From contig JBKAGE010000070.1 in NCBI GenBank assembly GCA_046290225.1, positions 160,001-224,000 of the forward strand: a stretch of DNA of 64,000 bases, in the 5' to 3' direction. This document shows positions 20,196 to 30,430 of the stretch, piece after piece. Both the position numbers and the translations under genes were made by a program. Each line of letters begins with the position of its first letter. Within the stretch, counting starts at the first letter, position 1. The notes under the pieces are model-generated. The model had not been told where the DNA came from, made no database searches, and worked only from the letters and a program-made list of their open reading frames with translations. This DNA is from Bradymonadia bacterium (lineage in GTDB: Bacteria > Myxococcota_A > Bradymonadia > UBA7976 > UBA1532).

Positions 20196-21755
20196 ATGCG
20201 TCTTCACATTTTCGGCCTCATCACCCTGTGCCTCGCCTTTGGCGTCGCCTGTGACGATGGCGGCGGCAGCGCCACCCCTGATCTCAATGATCCCAAAGCA
20301 GGTGTCGCTTCGACGCAGCTCACCGCCCCCGAGAATGCTCAGTTCTCCGAGGGTGCTCTGCAGCTCATCGTGGAAGACAGCATCGCCCTCAACCTAGTGG
20401 CCGTCCTCGAAGACGGCAGCACCCAGAGCGGCACCGAGGCCGCCACCTGGTCCAGCTCCGACAGCTCGGTGCTCGAGCTCACTGGCCCCGGCGCCTTCAC
20501 CGCCCTCAAGGCCGGCGAGGTGGAGATCATCGCCACCCTCGGTGAGCAGACCGCCACCATGCCCGTGGCCATCGCTCCCATCGCCGTTGAGTCCCTCACC
20601 GTGAGCCCCAGCGAAGAGCAGGTGCTCTCCATCGGTGAGTCGGTGCAGCTCACCGTCACCGCCACCCTGGTGAACGGTAAAGAAGAAGACGTCACCGAGC
20701 GCGCCGAGTGGACCTCTTCCAACCTCGACGTCGTCGACGTCGATGGTGGCCTCGTCACTCTGCTCAGCGCCGGCGGCGGCGAGATCACCGCCACCGTCGA
20801 CGACGTGAGCGTGAGCGTCTTCGTGAAGGCCGACTGCGCCTACCCCGAGAACGCCCCCGCGTCGAGCGACAACGGCCTGCAGGTGGGCTCGGTGATCCCG
20901 AACCTGACCTGGAACGGTGCCTTCGGAAACAACAAAAACGTCGACTTCAGCCTCGAGGACATCTACTGCGGTGCCCAGGGCTTCGAGAATGTCAGCTCCA
21001 TCACCTTCATCCTCACCGCCGGCTGGTGCCCCGCCTGTAAAGAGTTCATCCCGGCCTTCAACAACGAGTTCCACAACCGCATCACCCAGAGCGGCAGCGT
21101 GGTGATCTACGTGGAGACCGAGACCGACACCTACGGCCCGGCGACCCACGCCTACGCCAACGACGACATCACCCGCCTCATCGGCCCCAAGAACGGCCTG
21201 CGCGTCGGCGACGCCCAGACCACCCCCACGCAGGATTTCTTCCGCACCAGCCCCACCATCACCGCCATGCCCACGCAGATGGTGGTGCGCACCAGCGACA
21301 TGCAGATCATCGCCAGCTCGGCCCAGACCCCGAGCCTGCTGCCCTTCGCCGAGCTCGCCGCTGATCCCGAGGGCGACTGGAGCCACCTGCTGCCCACCCC
21401 GAACTGTGGCCCTGAAGACGAGGAGCCCACGGAGCCCAACAACGATCCCGCCACCGCAGGCATGATCTCCGCCGGCAGCTTCGAAGGCGGTGTCTGTGAC
21501 GGCCAGCCCGACTTCTTCCAGATCAACGAAGAGGGCAGCTACGACGTGGTGCTCGAGTTCAACCACGGCGAGGCCGATCTCGACATGGCCATCTGGCCCG
21601 CGGGCTCTGATCCCCAGAACGATCAGCCCACCGCCGTGAGCGATGGCACTGGCAACCAGGAGCAGGTGAGCTTCACCGGGCCTTCCCTGGTGGTGGTCTA
21701 CAGCTACAGCCCCGCCTTCAGCACCAGCTACCGCCTGTCAGTGACCCCCAACTGA
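20196..21755 (+). CDS. Lipoprotein with two Ig-like (Big_2) domains, a redoxin domain and a C-terminal PPC-like domain
   Basis: GGAGG RBS; lipobox GVAC; ATWSSSD and AEWTSSN Ig motifs; TAGWCPAC; EPNND...DLDM module. Confidence 0.85.
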   Translation: MRLHIFGLITLCLAFGVACDDGGGSATPDLNDPKAGVASTQLTAPENAQFSEGALQLIVEDSIALNLVAVLEDGSTQSGTEAATWSSSDSSVLELTGPGAFTALKAGEVEIIATLGEQTATMPVAIAPIAVESLTVSPSEEQVLSIGESVQLTVTATLVNGKEEDVTERAEWTSSNLDVVDVDGGLVTLLSAGGGEITATVDDVSVSVFVKADCAYPENAPASSDNGLQVGSVIPNLTWNGAFGNNKNVDFSLEDIYCGAQGFENVSSITFILTAGWCPACKEFIPAFNNEFHNRITQSGSVVIYVETETDTYGPATHAYANDDITRLIGPKNGLRVGDAQTTPTQDFFRTSPTITAMPTQMVVRTSDMQIIASSAQTPSLLPFAELAADPEGDWSHLLPTPNCGPEDEEPTEPNNDPATAGMISAGSFEGGVCDGQPDFFQINEEGSYDVVLEFNHGEADLDMAIWPAGSDPQNDQPTAVSDGTGNQEQVSFTGPSLVVVYSYSPAFSTSYRLSVTPN

Positions 21756-21785
21756 TCTCAACATGACCGACCCTGAGGTGTTTCG

Positions 21786-22583
21786 ATGACATATGATCAG
21801 CGCCACACACCTCAAGCCCAGGCCGGTGCGCAGTTGCAGCTCACCGAGGCCCAAGCGGCCACCCCCTTCGGTGCCCAATCGAGTGCAGTTCAACAGAGCG
21901 CCGAGCTCATCGCTGCCCACACAGACGCAACATCGGGCAACGCCGCCACTGTGCAGCATGCGCCCTCAGATCGTGGGGCAAAGGTGAGCCCCCACGTCGC
22001 CCGCCTGCACCTCTATGCAAAAGTCGATGTCGCCGAGATGACACTCGAGCATCTCGAACAGGGTCATGTGGGCCACACTTGGGTGGCCCTTGAGTGGAAA
22101 GATCCTTCGGCTGTGCCCGAAGACATTCACGCGGCCCATCGCCCCCTGCTCCAGAGTGGGGGCGCCTACGCCGATCCCTTTGGATTCTGGCCTGCAGAGG
22201 GATACGAAACCAATGTGCTGTCTTCGTACGTCAAAGGCGTTCTGCTGCAACCAGACACCGCGTACCAGGGCAGCGAGCAGGCCTCACAGACCTGGGATCT
22301 CACTCAGGCCGAGGCCGAATCGGTGATCGAGTATGCCGAGTCCAAGCGTGATGCTGAGTACTCGGTCTACTTCTACAACTGCACCACCTTCGGCAAAGAA
22401 GCGGTGGAAGCAGCAGGCAAGAGCCCCCCAAGCATGTGCGACGTCAATGTCTGCATGCCCAACACCCTCTACGAAGGCATCAAAGAGCGCCAGGACGACC
22501 GCCAAGGGCAGACGCGCACCCATGATCTGGAAACAGGTGCCAGCGTGGAAGCCTACCACCCCGACACGCGCTCCAAGATCTGA
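21786..22583 (+). CDS. Hypothetical protein, putative papain-like (permuted NlpC/P60-type) peptidase domain
   Basis: GAGGTG RBS; GHVGHTWV, FGFWP and YNCTTF motifs with His before Cys. Confidence 0.6.
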   Translation: MTYDQRHTPQAQAGAQLQLTEAQAATPFGAQSSAVQQSAELIAAHTDATSGNAATVQHAPSDRGAKVSPHVARLHLYAKVDVAEMTLEHLEQGHVGHTWVALEWKDPSAVPEDIHAAHRPLLQSGGAYADPFGFWPAEGYETNVLSSYVKGVLLQPDTAYQGSEQASQTWDLTQAEAESVIEYAESKRDAEYSVYFYNCTTFGKEAVEAAGKSPPSMCDVNVCMPNTLYEGIKERQDDRQGQTRTHDLETGASVEAYHPDTRSKI

Positions 22584-22773
22584 CTCGGCGCCATTCACGG
22601 GCCCACCTCACATCAGCCGTACGATACAACCGCGCGCTGGCTACGACTCCAATGTGTTTGTCTCAAACAACTTGATGCAGTGCTCGCTCATCCATTGTGA
22701 GTGAACCGCCATTCAATCTCGGCTATATTGCCCCGGATCACAGCCCCGCCATATGGCCTAAGGAGCAAGAGAC

Positions 22774-23940
22774 ATGACCCGCCCCGCCCTCACGGTACTC
22801 GCCGAAGACGAGCAGATGTTCTACGACGAGGTGGCCAAGTTCGCCCGCAACCAGATCGGCCCCCTGGTCCACGATATGGACACCCAGGGCCAGGTGCACC
22901 CCGAGCTGATGCCCAAGCTCTTCGAGCAGGGCGTCATGGGCATCGAGATCCCCGAGAAGTTCGGCGGCGCCGGCAGCAGCTTCTTCACCAGCATCGTGGT
23001 CATCGAGGCCCTCGCCACCATCGATCCGAGCATCTCGGTGCTCGTCGACGTGCAGAACACCCTCGTGATCAACGCCCTGAACCGTTGGGCCACCGACGAG
23101 CAGAAGGCGAAGTACTTCCCCAAGATGGCTTCCGAGTGGGTGGGCTCCTACTGCCTGAGCGAAGCCGGCAGCGGCTCCGACGCCTTCGCCCTCAAGACCC
23201 GCGCCGATCGCAACGAGGCCGGCAACTGGGTCATCAACGGCACCAAGCTCTGGATCACCAACGCCAAGGAGGCGTCGCTGTTCCTGGTCTTCGCCAACAC
23301 CGACTTCGACAAGGGCTACAAGGGCATCACCGCCTTCATCGTCGAAAAGGGTGCCCCGGGCTTCACCGTGGGCAAGAAGGAAGACAAGCTCGGCATCCGC
23401 GCTTCGAGCACCTGCGAGCTGACCTTCGAAGATGTCGAGGTCACTGACGCTCAGGTCCTCGGCGTGGTGGGCAAGGGCTACAAGATCGCCATCGAGACCC
23501 TCAACGAGGGCCGCATCGGCATCGGCGCTCAGATGGTGGGCCTCGCTCAAGGCGCCCTCGACGTGGCCATGAAGCACATGCTCGAGCGCAAGCAGTTCGG
23601 TAAGCGCCTCGCTGACTTCCAGGGCATGCAGTTCCAATACGCTCAGTGCGCCACCGACATCGAAGCAGCCCGCCTGATGGTCTACAACGCCGCCCGCTTG
23701 AAAGATGCCGGCAAGCCATTCCTCAAAGAGGCGGCCATGGCCAAGCTCTTCGCCAGCCAGGTGGCCCAGCGCGTGTCGTCGCAGTGTGTCGAATTCCACG
23801 GCGGCGTGGGCTTCACCCGGGAGTACCCTGCGGAGAAGTTCTACCGTGACGCCAAGATCGGCTCGATCTACGAGGGCACCTCGAACATGCAGCTGCAGAC
23901 CATCGCCAAGCTGATGCAGGCCCAGTACGACAAGGGCTGA
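22774..23940 (+). CDS. Acyl-CoA dehydrogenase (short/branched-chain type)
   Basis: YCLSEAGSGSD, NGTKLWITN, KLGIRASSTCE, GGVGF and IYEGTSN motifs. Confidence 0.95.
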   Translation: MTRPALTVLAEDEQMFYDEVAKFARNQIGPLVHDMDTQGQVHPELMPKLFEQGVMGIEIPEKFGGAGSSFFTSIVVIEALATIDPSISVLVDVQNTLVINALNRWATDEQKAKYFPKMASEWVGSYCLSEAGSGSDAFALKTRADRNEAGNWVINGTKLWITNAKEASLFLVFANTDFDKGYKGITAFIVEKGAPGFTVGKKEDKLGIRASSTCELTFEDVEVTDAQVLGVVGKGYKIAIETLNEGRIGIGAQMVGLAQGALDVAMKHMLERKQFGKRLADFQGMQFQYAQCATDIEAARLMVYNAARLKDAGKPFLKEAAMAKLFASQVAQRVSSQCVEFHGGVGFTREYPAEKFYRDAKIGSIYEGTSNMQLQTIAKLMQAQYDKG

Positions 23941-24148
23941 GCAATACTGACCTCCCCTGCTCACCACCCACCTCGCCAAGATCCACAAAGTACGCACGGC
24001 TCGATACGAGAGACTGTTCAAGAATGAGCGTCGAGCTGGTTTGCACTTGAGCGTCGACCCATTTTGGTTCAGCCTGACGCAGAAGACGGTCGCGTGCGCA
24101 AGCCGCTCGGCGGTGATCGCTCAGTGACAACAGTGTGGGGTGAATTCA

Positions 24149-25801
24149 ATGAATCGTTTTGTATGTGTGGCCGGCGTCGCCTGGTCGCTTGTGGGCTGTG
24201 ATCTCATCTCTTCCTCAGAAGACTCATCAAATGAGCTCCGTCGGCAAAGAGAAGCTGTCGTCTGTGAGGTGCAAGCATGCGAAGATGGAATCGGTCATCG
24301 CCAAAGCGCGCTGAGCAGCGCAGCCCCCGTATTCATGCGGCGGGTTGAAAAGGCCGAGGTCGTCGCCAAGCTCGACACCCTCTTACACGAAGACCATCTG
24401 GCAGCGCAGTGGCTGTATGCGTGGCTTCAGCCCGAAGCCCTCGACGCCACCCTGGCGCCTGAGCTGCTGGAGGCCGCCCGAAGCGCCGCGCTCTCACCCG
24501 TTCGGCGGGCCAAGGTATCTCAACAACTCGACGAAGCTCTGCCTCACTGGCGACAACTTGGCCAACGGCGCATCGAAAGCGTGGGTCATCATCTGAACGC
24601 ACGGCCGGAGCGACCTGCCCTCGCAGTGGGCAGATACCCGCTCGAAACATCAGGCTGTGGCGAGATGGCTCTACGCATGGCCATCGAGAGCGTGCAAGTC
24701 GTCGAGCGCGAAGACAACATCCTTGGCGATAAGATCTATTGCGTCATCCGAGCGCAAGATGACACACAGGTCGAGGTCTTGCAGACTGATCCATCGCCAG
24801 CACTCGGGGTGAACGGACGGCACGACTTCGAGCACACGATCTTTTATGGGCGAGCAGGACATCGAGACCCAGGGCAAGATCTGAAGATCAACTATGACTG
24901 CTACGAGATCGACGATGACGAGGATTACGAGCGTATCTCTGAAATCATCGACGAACTTGAGCGCGTTGGTGTGCATCTGGGCAAGCTCACTGGCACGCCG
25001 CAGGCCGCAGCATTCGCGGTGCAGATCGCCGAGTGGGCCCGCATCGTCGCCCAGTTTGCGGCGATCTTCGACGGAGACGATCATCTCTACATACATGAAG
25101 AGATTCTGGATCGCCGCGCCCTATGGCGCCTGATGACCGACCGCAGGCGCACCCTGGTGGCCCGAGACGAGAACAACCTCTCGGAATGGTCTTGGGTGCT
25201 GTCGTTTCGCACGGATGGGTGTGCCATGGGCGTCTCTTCCGAAGAGCCAGCGCCCTCGGGCCCGCGCTGTTCAGAGACGTGTGTTGGGTGCTGCGTGGGC
25301 GAGCGCTGCGTGACGGCCACCGACAACCAAGCATGTGGCTCGGATGGAGCGTCATGCCGTTCCTGTCAGGGGGCGGACGTCTGTACAGATGGCGTGTGCA
25401 CCTTCGACGTTGATCGCGTGGCGGTGGATCTGAGCGTGGTCTCGGCCCACATAGAGCGCAATAAGTCTGACGGGCGATGCTGGGATCTCGGCGGCTGTGG
25501 CAACCCGCCCGATGTGTATATTTCAGTTGATGGCGGCGGATGCCAGGGTGCCACCCCCATCCAAGAGGCCTTCTCACCCGCATGGGGTGCCACAGTGTGT
25601 CCGAGCCTGACCGCCGGGGCGCTCCTCGACGGTGTCTTCGTACGGGCGATCGACGACGACCTCCAAAGTGACGATCTCATCGGCGAGTGCTGGTTTTACT
25701 TCACTGAGCAAGAGATACGTGGGTTCTCTTCTGGTCGAGTCGAAGAGAAGACCCGACGCTGCGGCGCTGCAGAGATCACTCTCGGGATTCAGCTTCGCTG
25801 A
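24149..25801 (+). CDS. Hypothetical lipoprotein with Cys-rich linker and C-terminal C2-like domain
   Basis: Lipobox LVGC; CSETCVGCC module; PDVYI...IDDDLQSDDLIG resembles the C2 Ca-binding loops. Confidence 0.7.
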   Translation: MNRFVCVAGVAWSLVGCDLISSSEDSSNELRRQREAVVCEVQACEDGIGHRQSALSSAAPVFMRRVEKAEVVAKLDTLLHEDHLAAQWLYAWLQPEALDATLAPELLEAARSAALSPVRRAKVSQQLDEALPHWRQLGQRRIESVGHHLNARPERPALAVGRYPLETSGCGEMALRMAIESVQVVEREDNILGDKIYCVIRAQDDTQVEVLQTDPSPALGVNGRHDFEHTIFYGRAGHRDPGQDLKINYDCYEIDDDEDYERISEIIDELERVGVHLGKLTGTPQAAAFAVQIAEWARIVAQFAAIFDGDDHLYIHEEILDRRALWRLMTDRRRTLVARDENNLSEWSWVLSFRTDGCAMGVSSEEPAPSGPRCSETCVGCCVGERCVTATDNQACGSDGASCRSCQGADVCTDGVCTFDVDRVAVDLSVVSAHIERNKSDGRCWDLGGCGNPPDVYISVDGGGCQGATPIQEAFSPAWGATVCPSLTAGALLDGVFVRAIDDDLQSDDLIGECWFYFTEQEIRGFSSGRVEEKTRRCGAAEITLGIQLR

Positions 25802-26073
25802 TGTACGTGCAGACCCCTGATACACCTCTATCACTGCTCGATGTGCGACACTGCGTGTGTTGTGCAAAAAGAAAACATGAGCACCCTGCCTGAAAGCCAA
25901 ACGTAAAACGCTCGACCACCCCACTGCTCATCTGGCGGACTTGAAGGGCCCTGCCTCGCCCCTACACCCAAATCCCCTGCGCCTCGTGGGCAAGGCATCA
26001 AGCGTGCCACCTACCCCATTGGACGCTAAGCGACTGAATTATTTAAGAACAGGTACCCTGGAGCTTCTAGGAG

Positions 26074-26153
26074 GTATGTGCGTGCACATGTGCATGCACA
26101 CGGCTTTGCACATGTGCACATGTGCGCGCACACCCCTGACCATGTGCGCATGC
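26074..26153. repeat. Alternating purine/pyrimidine tract with repeated GCACATGTGC palindromes
   Basis: Unbroken RY runs at 26074-26102, 26107-26133 and 26141-26153; GCACATGTGC at 26084, 26108 and 26116. Confidence 0.85.
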
Positions 26154-27108
26154 TCGCCTCTCGGCCCATCGTCCGTGGCGCATACAGCACTTACGCGAGT
26201 AGCCCGTTTCGCTCTGGGTCCTCGAAAAGTGACCCATTAGGGAACACAGTCAAAAGCCGATGATCAGGTCACTACATGGAGCTGCTCAACAGTTTGTGTA
26301 GTTGTGCCTCTGCACACATGACTTGGGGCCGGGTGGCAAATCTCTTTCCTCTTCAGCCAATCCCTGCCACTCGGCCCCTGTCTCCGCATCCTTGTCACAC
26401 ATCACCTCCCCAGGCAATGCGCCTATTTCATAAAGACGCAACGAAACGAATCCGAAACATTAACTAACTACGCCAGCATCCCCTGTGCTTGCGTAGCAGT
26501 GCCTTTGAGCACGTCAGAGGATCGAGTGGCGCCACACTGGTCTGCTTAGGGCAGGCTCCCGCCTCGCTGAGTATGTAAAACCCGATCTCACCTCAGCATA
26601 TCTGACCTCAGCCCTGCGCTGCTCGATCCTCTCTACTTGAGATTCACCAGGGCAAACAATGAGCGACAGCCAGCACCTCCCGAGATCAATCGTCTTCGAT
26701 CACATCCAGTGTGATCTCGTCATTGCCCCAGCTCATCGCCTCCCCCACACAGCGTGCCACATGGGGCATGCAAAGCATCACTGCAGGTCGCCCGGAGCAA
26801 TGACAACCTGTACCTGCCCCACCTGAATAACGGAAGCCTCTCTGCTGGGCATGCACGGTGCCAGTACACGCTCTCTCCGGTGCCTCACGCGCCTTGCAGC
26901 AATCTGCCTCGACTCTGGTCATCACCTCTCCCTTCGAACATCTTCGACGCATGTGGGCAGGGCATCCTCACCACACTTGCTCACCGCATACCCCCGTACA
27001 CAGTGAACCCACCCCACACCCTCATCTAGGGGGCAGCCTGCGCCGTTCTCTCTGGACATCTCGGAAAAAGTGAACTTCCGGGTCTTCAAGTGTCGGGAGG
27101 TCAGCATC

Positions 27109-27504
27109 ATGACGGTAAAATCGAGTCATCGTTCGGAACTGGTGTGCCTCCTGGCGCGCTTTGACCTGCCGGCTCTGGCGGAGGCGCTCGGGGTCAGTCT
27201 GAAGCGACTTCAGAGGGTTTTGCGCGCACTCGATACCGGCGGGTCATGGCCCACCCGGGGGAGGCTCACGATGGACCGGGTGGCTGTGGCCTTGCAGGTC
27301 GATCCGACCCTGCTCGAACGCGAGACACCCGATCTGCGCCGACTGGTCCTCGAAGGATGGTTGAGGGAGAAACACGGGCCCGAGTTGGAGCGTACAGCCC
27401 ACGAGGTTCGGGGCTATGGCGAGGCGGTATTGAGAGAGGCCCGCGCCTTGCGGGCTGCGGCAGAGCGACCTCTCAAGCGTCTCGGGGGCGGGGTGGCGGA
27501 GTAG
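27109..27504 (+). CDS. Small putative HTH DNA-binding protein
   Basis: GGGAGG RBS; LAEALGVSLKRLQRV is HTH-like, followed by RVAVALQVDP. Confidence 0.55.
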   Translation: MTVKSSHRSELVCLLARFDLPALAEALGVSLKRLQRVLRALDTGGSWPTRGRLTMDRVAVALQVDPTLLERETPDLRRLVLEGWLREKHGPELERTAHEVRGYGEAVLREARALRAAAERPLKRLGGGVAE

Positions 27505-27814
27505 TCACGGGTCCCAGCGCCCGACGCAGCCGGTCTCGTGTTCGGTATGCCTCTCGTACAGGCCGCGGGGTGGGAACAGGCGTGAGGGGCAGAGGTAGGG
27601 GTGTTGAAGTCATGCCCACCTCTACGGCACACGCGCTCGCTCACCGACTTTCGCCCAATGACCCAGCCGGCCCCATTGTGGGCCAGGAAGCCTCATTGCC
27701 TTCAAAAAGCGCGTGTGCTGTTTCGAAGCGATCCGGGCCGACCTGGGTGAGCTGGACGAAGTGGAGCTGTGAGGTCACTCTGAAGCACCCTTCCGAGGCC
27801 GCACACAGGCTTCA

Positions 27815-28378
27815 TCAATGTGTCCCAATGCACATGAACGCGCCAGGCGCCGAGCCTTCACACGACTCACCATGACAGCTGTGGTTGCTCTCCTCGCCAG
27901 AGCCACAGAACATCTCACAGCATTCCGCAGTGAGCGTGCGCTGCGTACACCCCAATGGGTTGGGCACACAACGCGGACTGGCCATGCTGCATACGCTGTC
28001 CACGAACTGTATGCAGATCTCGTCGGGGGCACATTCCGGGCACGTCTGGCCACTTCCAGGGGTGAGAGCGACTCCTTCATCCGGAAGGCCTTCATCGGGA
28101 AAGCCATCATCTGGAAGATCATCGTCGGGCACATCCTGATCTGAGGTGCCGCGGTCGGAGGGATCGTCCGGACTGCCTTCATCGGGCACTTCACCTTCCA
28201 TCGAAGGCTGCTCATCCTGGTCGCCGCCCTCTTGATGCCCCTGCAGGCCGAGATCGGCGGTGACCTCAGCTTGCCCCCCATCATCAGCGGCCCCGTCGTT
28301 GTGCTCTTCCACACATGCAATGCAGCCCACGCTCAGCGCGCACACGATGATGGACTTCACGACGCCTTCCCCAATCAT
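27815..28378 (-). CDS. Cys-rich lipoprotein with acidic PDD/PDE tether
   Basis: GGGAGG RBS; VGCIAC lipobox; DLPDD/FPDE repeats; Cys-rich C-terminus. Confidence 0.75.
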   Translation of the reverse strand: MIGEGVVKSIIVCALSVGCIACVEEHNDGAADDGGQAEVTADLGLQGHQEGGDQDEQPSMEGEVPDEGSPDDPSDRGTSDQDVPDDDLPDDGFPDEGLPDEGVALTPGSGQTCPECAPDEICIQFVDSVCSMASPRCVPNPLGCTQRTLTAECCEMFCGSGEESNHSCHGESCEGSAPGAFMCIGTH

Positions 28379-28543
28379 GTGACCTCCCTTTTCAGATGCC
28401 CGCGACCAGACGCCCTCCGACTCAAAGCCTTACACCGTGTGATGGGTGTCTGGCAGCGTATCCGCTGGGCGTGGTCGTACTCTCGCAGAGCACATGGCCA
28501 TCGAGAGCGCCATCACAGACGTTTTCCTGTAGGGTCGACACCC

Positions 28544-30412
28544 ATGAAACCATGGCCTGCTCTAATCGTTACGTGTGCGCTGTGCGCCTGCACTGATGAT
28601 CCCGTGGGGGATGCCCGCCCCGACGATGCTCAGGTCGGTATGCCTGACATCGGCATGGCTCCTGATCCTGACGCAGTTGCTCTACCTTCTCCGGATGCGC
28701 AGCTCATCGACGCGTTTGTCCCTGATTCGACCCCCTTGTCGGACGCGGATGTCATGGACGCCAGCCTCTTTGACGCGGGCATGGAAGATCGACCAGATGC
28801 CGCCCCTGACGCTCAGGTCGATGCGCTGACCCTCACGGTGCCCGACGATGTCACCCTCGACGAGGGTGAGCCCTTCGTGGGTGCCATCGATGCGCGGGCA
28901 CCTGGCACCCTGGAGGTGTTCGTCTTCGATTTGCCCCCTGGTGCGCACTGGCATCCGGGGCGCCGAGAGATCACCTTCACACCGGACTTCATCCAAGGCC
29001 CAGACGCATGGACGATTCGGGTGCTCGCCCGCAGTGAGGGTGAGACGCTGGAGAGCACCTTCACCGTAAACGTACGCGATAACATTCGGCCGCCAGCGCC
29101 GGAGATCATCCGTGAGCAGGAAGGTGACGGCTTTACACGTCTGCAGCTGCGGCAACGCACTGATGGGTTTCTCGATCATCCTGACGAGGCCGGGCGCACC
29201 TTCGACGGGTATGTCATGGCGCCTGATGAGCGAAGCCCCGCTGGCCTCAAGCCAGTGCGCATTCTGCTGCACGGGTTCGCCAGTCAGCCGCCCACTGAGG
29301 GCTGGCGCGGTGAGTACCGCATTGCACCACACGATCCGTTCAACACATATTGGTGGGGGTATCAGGGCTCAGGAGACGCCGGGCCACAGCCCTACACTGT
29401 GCGCCGCGTACTGCACCTGCTCCACTGGGTGCTCGAACGATACCCCGACGCCGATGTCAACAACGTATACATTGAGGGCGCCTCGATGGGCGGTGCTGGC
29501 GCCGCCACCATGGGCCTGTTGTGGGGCCGGCACTTCAACATGGTGCACTCCACCATCGCGCAGTGGGTGCCCCGGAACCACCGACCCTCGCGCCTGGCAC
29601 AGCTGGGTGGGCACTGGGGTGCGCCGGGGCCGAGCTGGGACGTGATGGACCTCACTGATGCCATGGCGTCCCGGGCCGAGGCTCAAAATCAGTATGTGTT
29701 CCTCAAGCATGGCAAGGATGACGGCATCATCCACTTCGGGGCGGTGATCTTCCCCAGCCCGCTCACCGGGTTGAGCGCTTATCAGGCGCTGCAAGCCCAT
29801 CATGTAGGCCATATGGCAGTCTGGGACGAAGGCGGTCATGGCATCCCTGATCCGATTTTGGGTGATCAATGGTGGACCCAAGGCTGGAACCCGGTCTTCG
29901 ACGACACGGCATGGTTGCGACGAGGTGTGGCCTTCCCGGTGTTCTCCAACAGCTCTGGAGATGATGACCCGGGTGACGGCTCGGGGAACGGACGCCGGCC
30001 CTTCGACGAAGACACAGGGTACGCAGGGGGGGTCTTCGCCGCGGACGACACGGGCTGGTCCGGTGATGTGGCAGGGGCGCTCAACCGCGCGCTGCGCTGG
30101 GACTCGAACGGCCTCGTAGACGAAATGGAGCGCTTCGAGATCCCACTGCGGGTGCTCGATGTCCCGAATGGGGATGCGCCCCGAGCAGGCTGGCCAACAC
30201 CTGGTGACGTGCAATCGGGGCCGATCCCGGTGAGGGTGGACGTGACCCTGCGTCGAGTACAGCGATTTCAGGTGATGCCGGGGGCCTCGGTGCGCTGGCG
30301 ATTTGGCGCGCTTGAGGGGGTGACGCACGCTGATGAGTCGGGGGTGATTACGGTGCCTGAAGTGCCGGTATCCTCAGATTGGCAAACACTGATGCTTCAA
30401 CGAGAAGAATGA
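28544..30412 (+). CDS. Lipoprotein with Ig-like domain and alpha/beta-hydrolase domain
   Basis: LCAC lipobox; PDA tether; LPPGA...FTPDFIQ Ig-like segment; GASMGG nucleophile elbow with candidate Asp (GKDDG) and His (EGGH). Confidence 0.75.
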   Translation: MKPWPALIVTCALCACTDDPVGDARPDDAQVGMPDIGMAPDPDAVALPSPDAQLIDAFVPDSTPLSDADVMDASLFDAGMEDRPDAAPDAQVDALTLTVPDDVTLDEGEPFVGAIDARAPGTLEVFVFDLPPGAHWHPGRREITFTPDFIQGPDAWTIRVLARSEGETLESTFTVNVRDNIRPPAPEIIREQEGDGFTRLQLRQRTDGFLDHPDEAGRTFDGYVMAPDERSPAGLKPVRILLHGFASQPPTEGWRGEYRIAPHDPFNTYWWGYQGSGDAGPQPYTVRRVLHLLHWVLERYPDADVNNVYIEGASMGGAGAATMGLLWGRHFNMVHSTIAQWVPRNHRPSRLAQLGGHWGAPGPSWDVMDLTDAMASRAEAQNQYVFLKHGKDDGIIHFGAVIFPSPLTGLSAYQALQAHHVGHMAVWDEGGHGIPDPILGDQWWTQGWNPVFDDTAWLRRGVAFPVFSNSSGDDDPGDGSGNGRRPFDEDTGYAGGVFAADDTGWSGDVAGALNRALRWDSNGLVDEMERFEIPLRVLDVPNGDAPRAGWPTPGDVQSGPIPVRVDVTLRRVQRFQVMPGASVRWRFGALEGVTHADESGVITVPEVPVSSDWQTLMLQREE

Positions 30413-30430
30413 GCCAGTGTCAAAGTTGCC

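Noticed and set aside
26074..26153. Possible CRISPR array
   Set aside because: The repeats are about 10 bp and overlapping, with no unique spacers and no cas genes.
26686..26952. 88-aa minus-strand ORF in the gene-poor gap
   Set aside because: No RBS, codon bias or recognisable motif.
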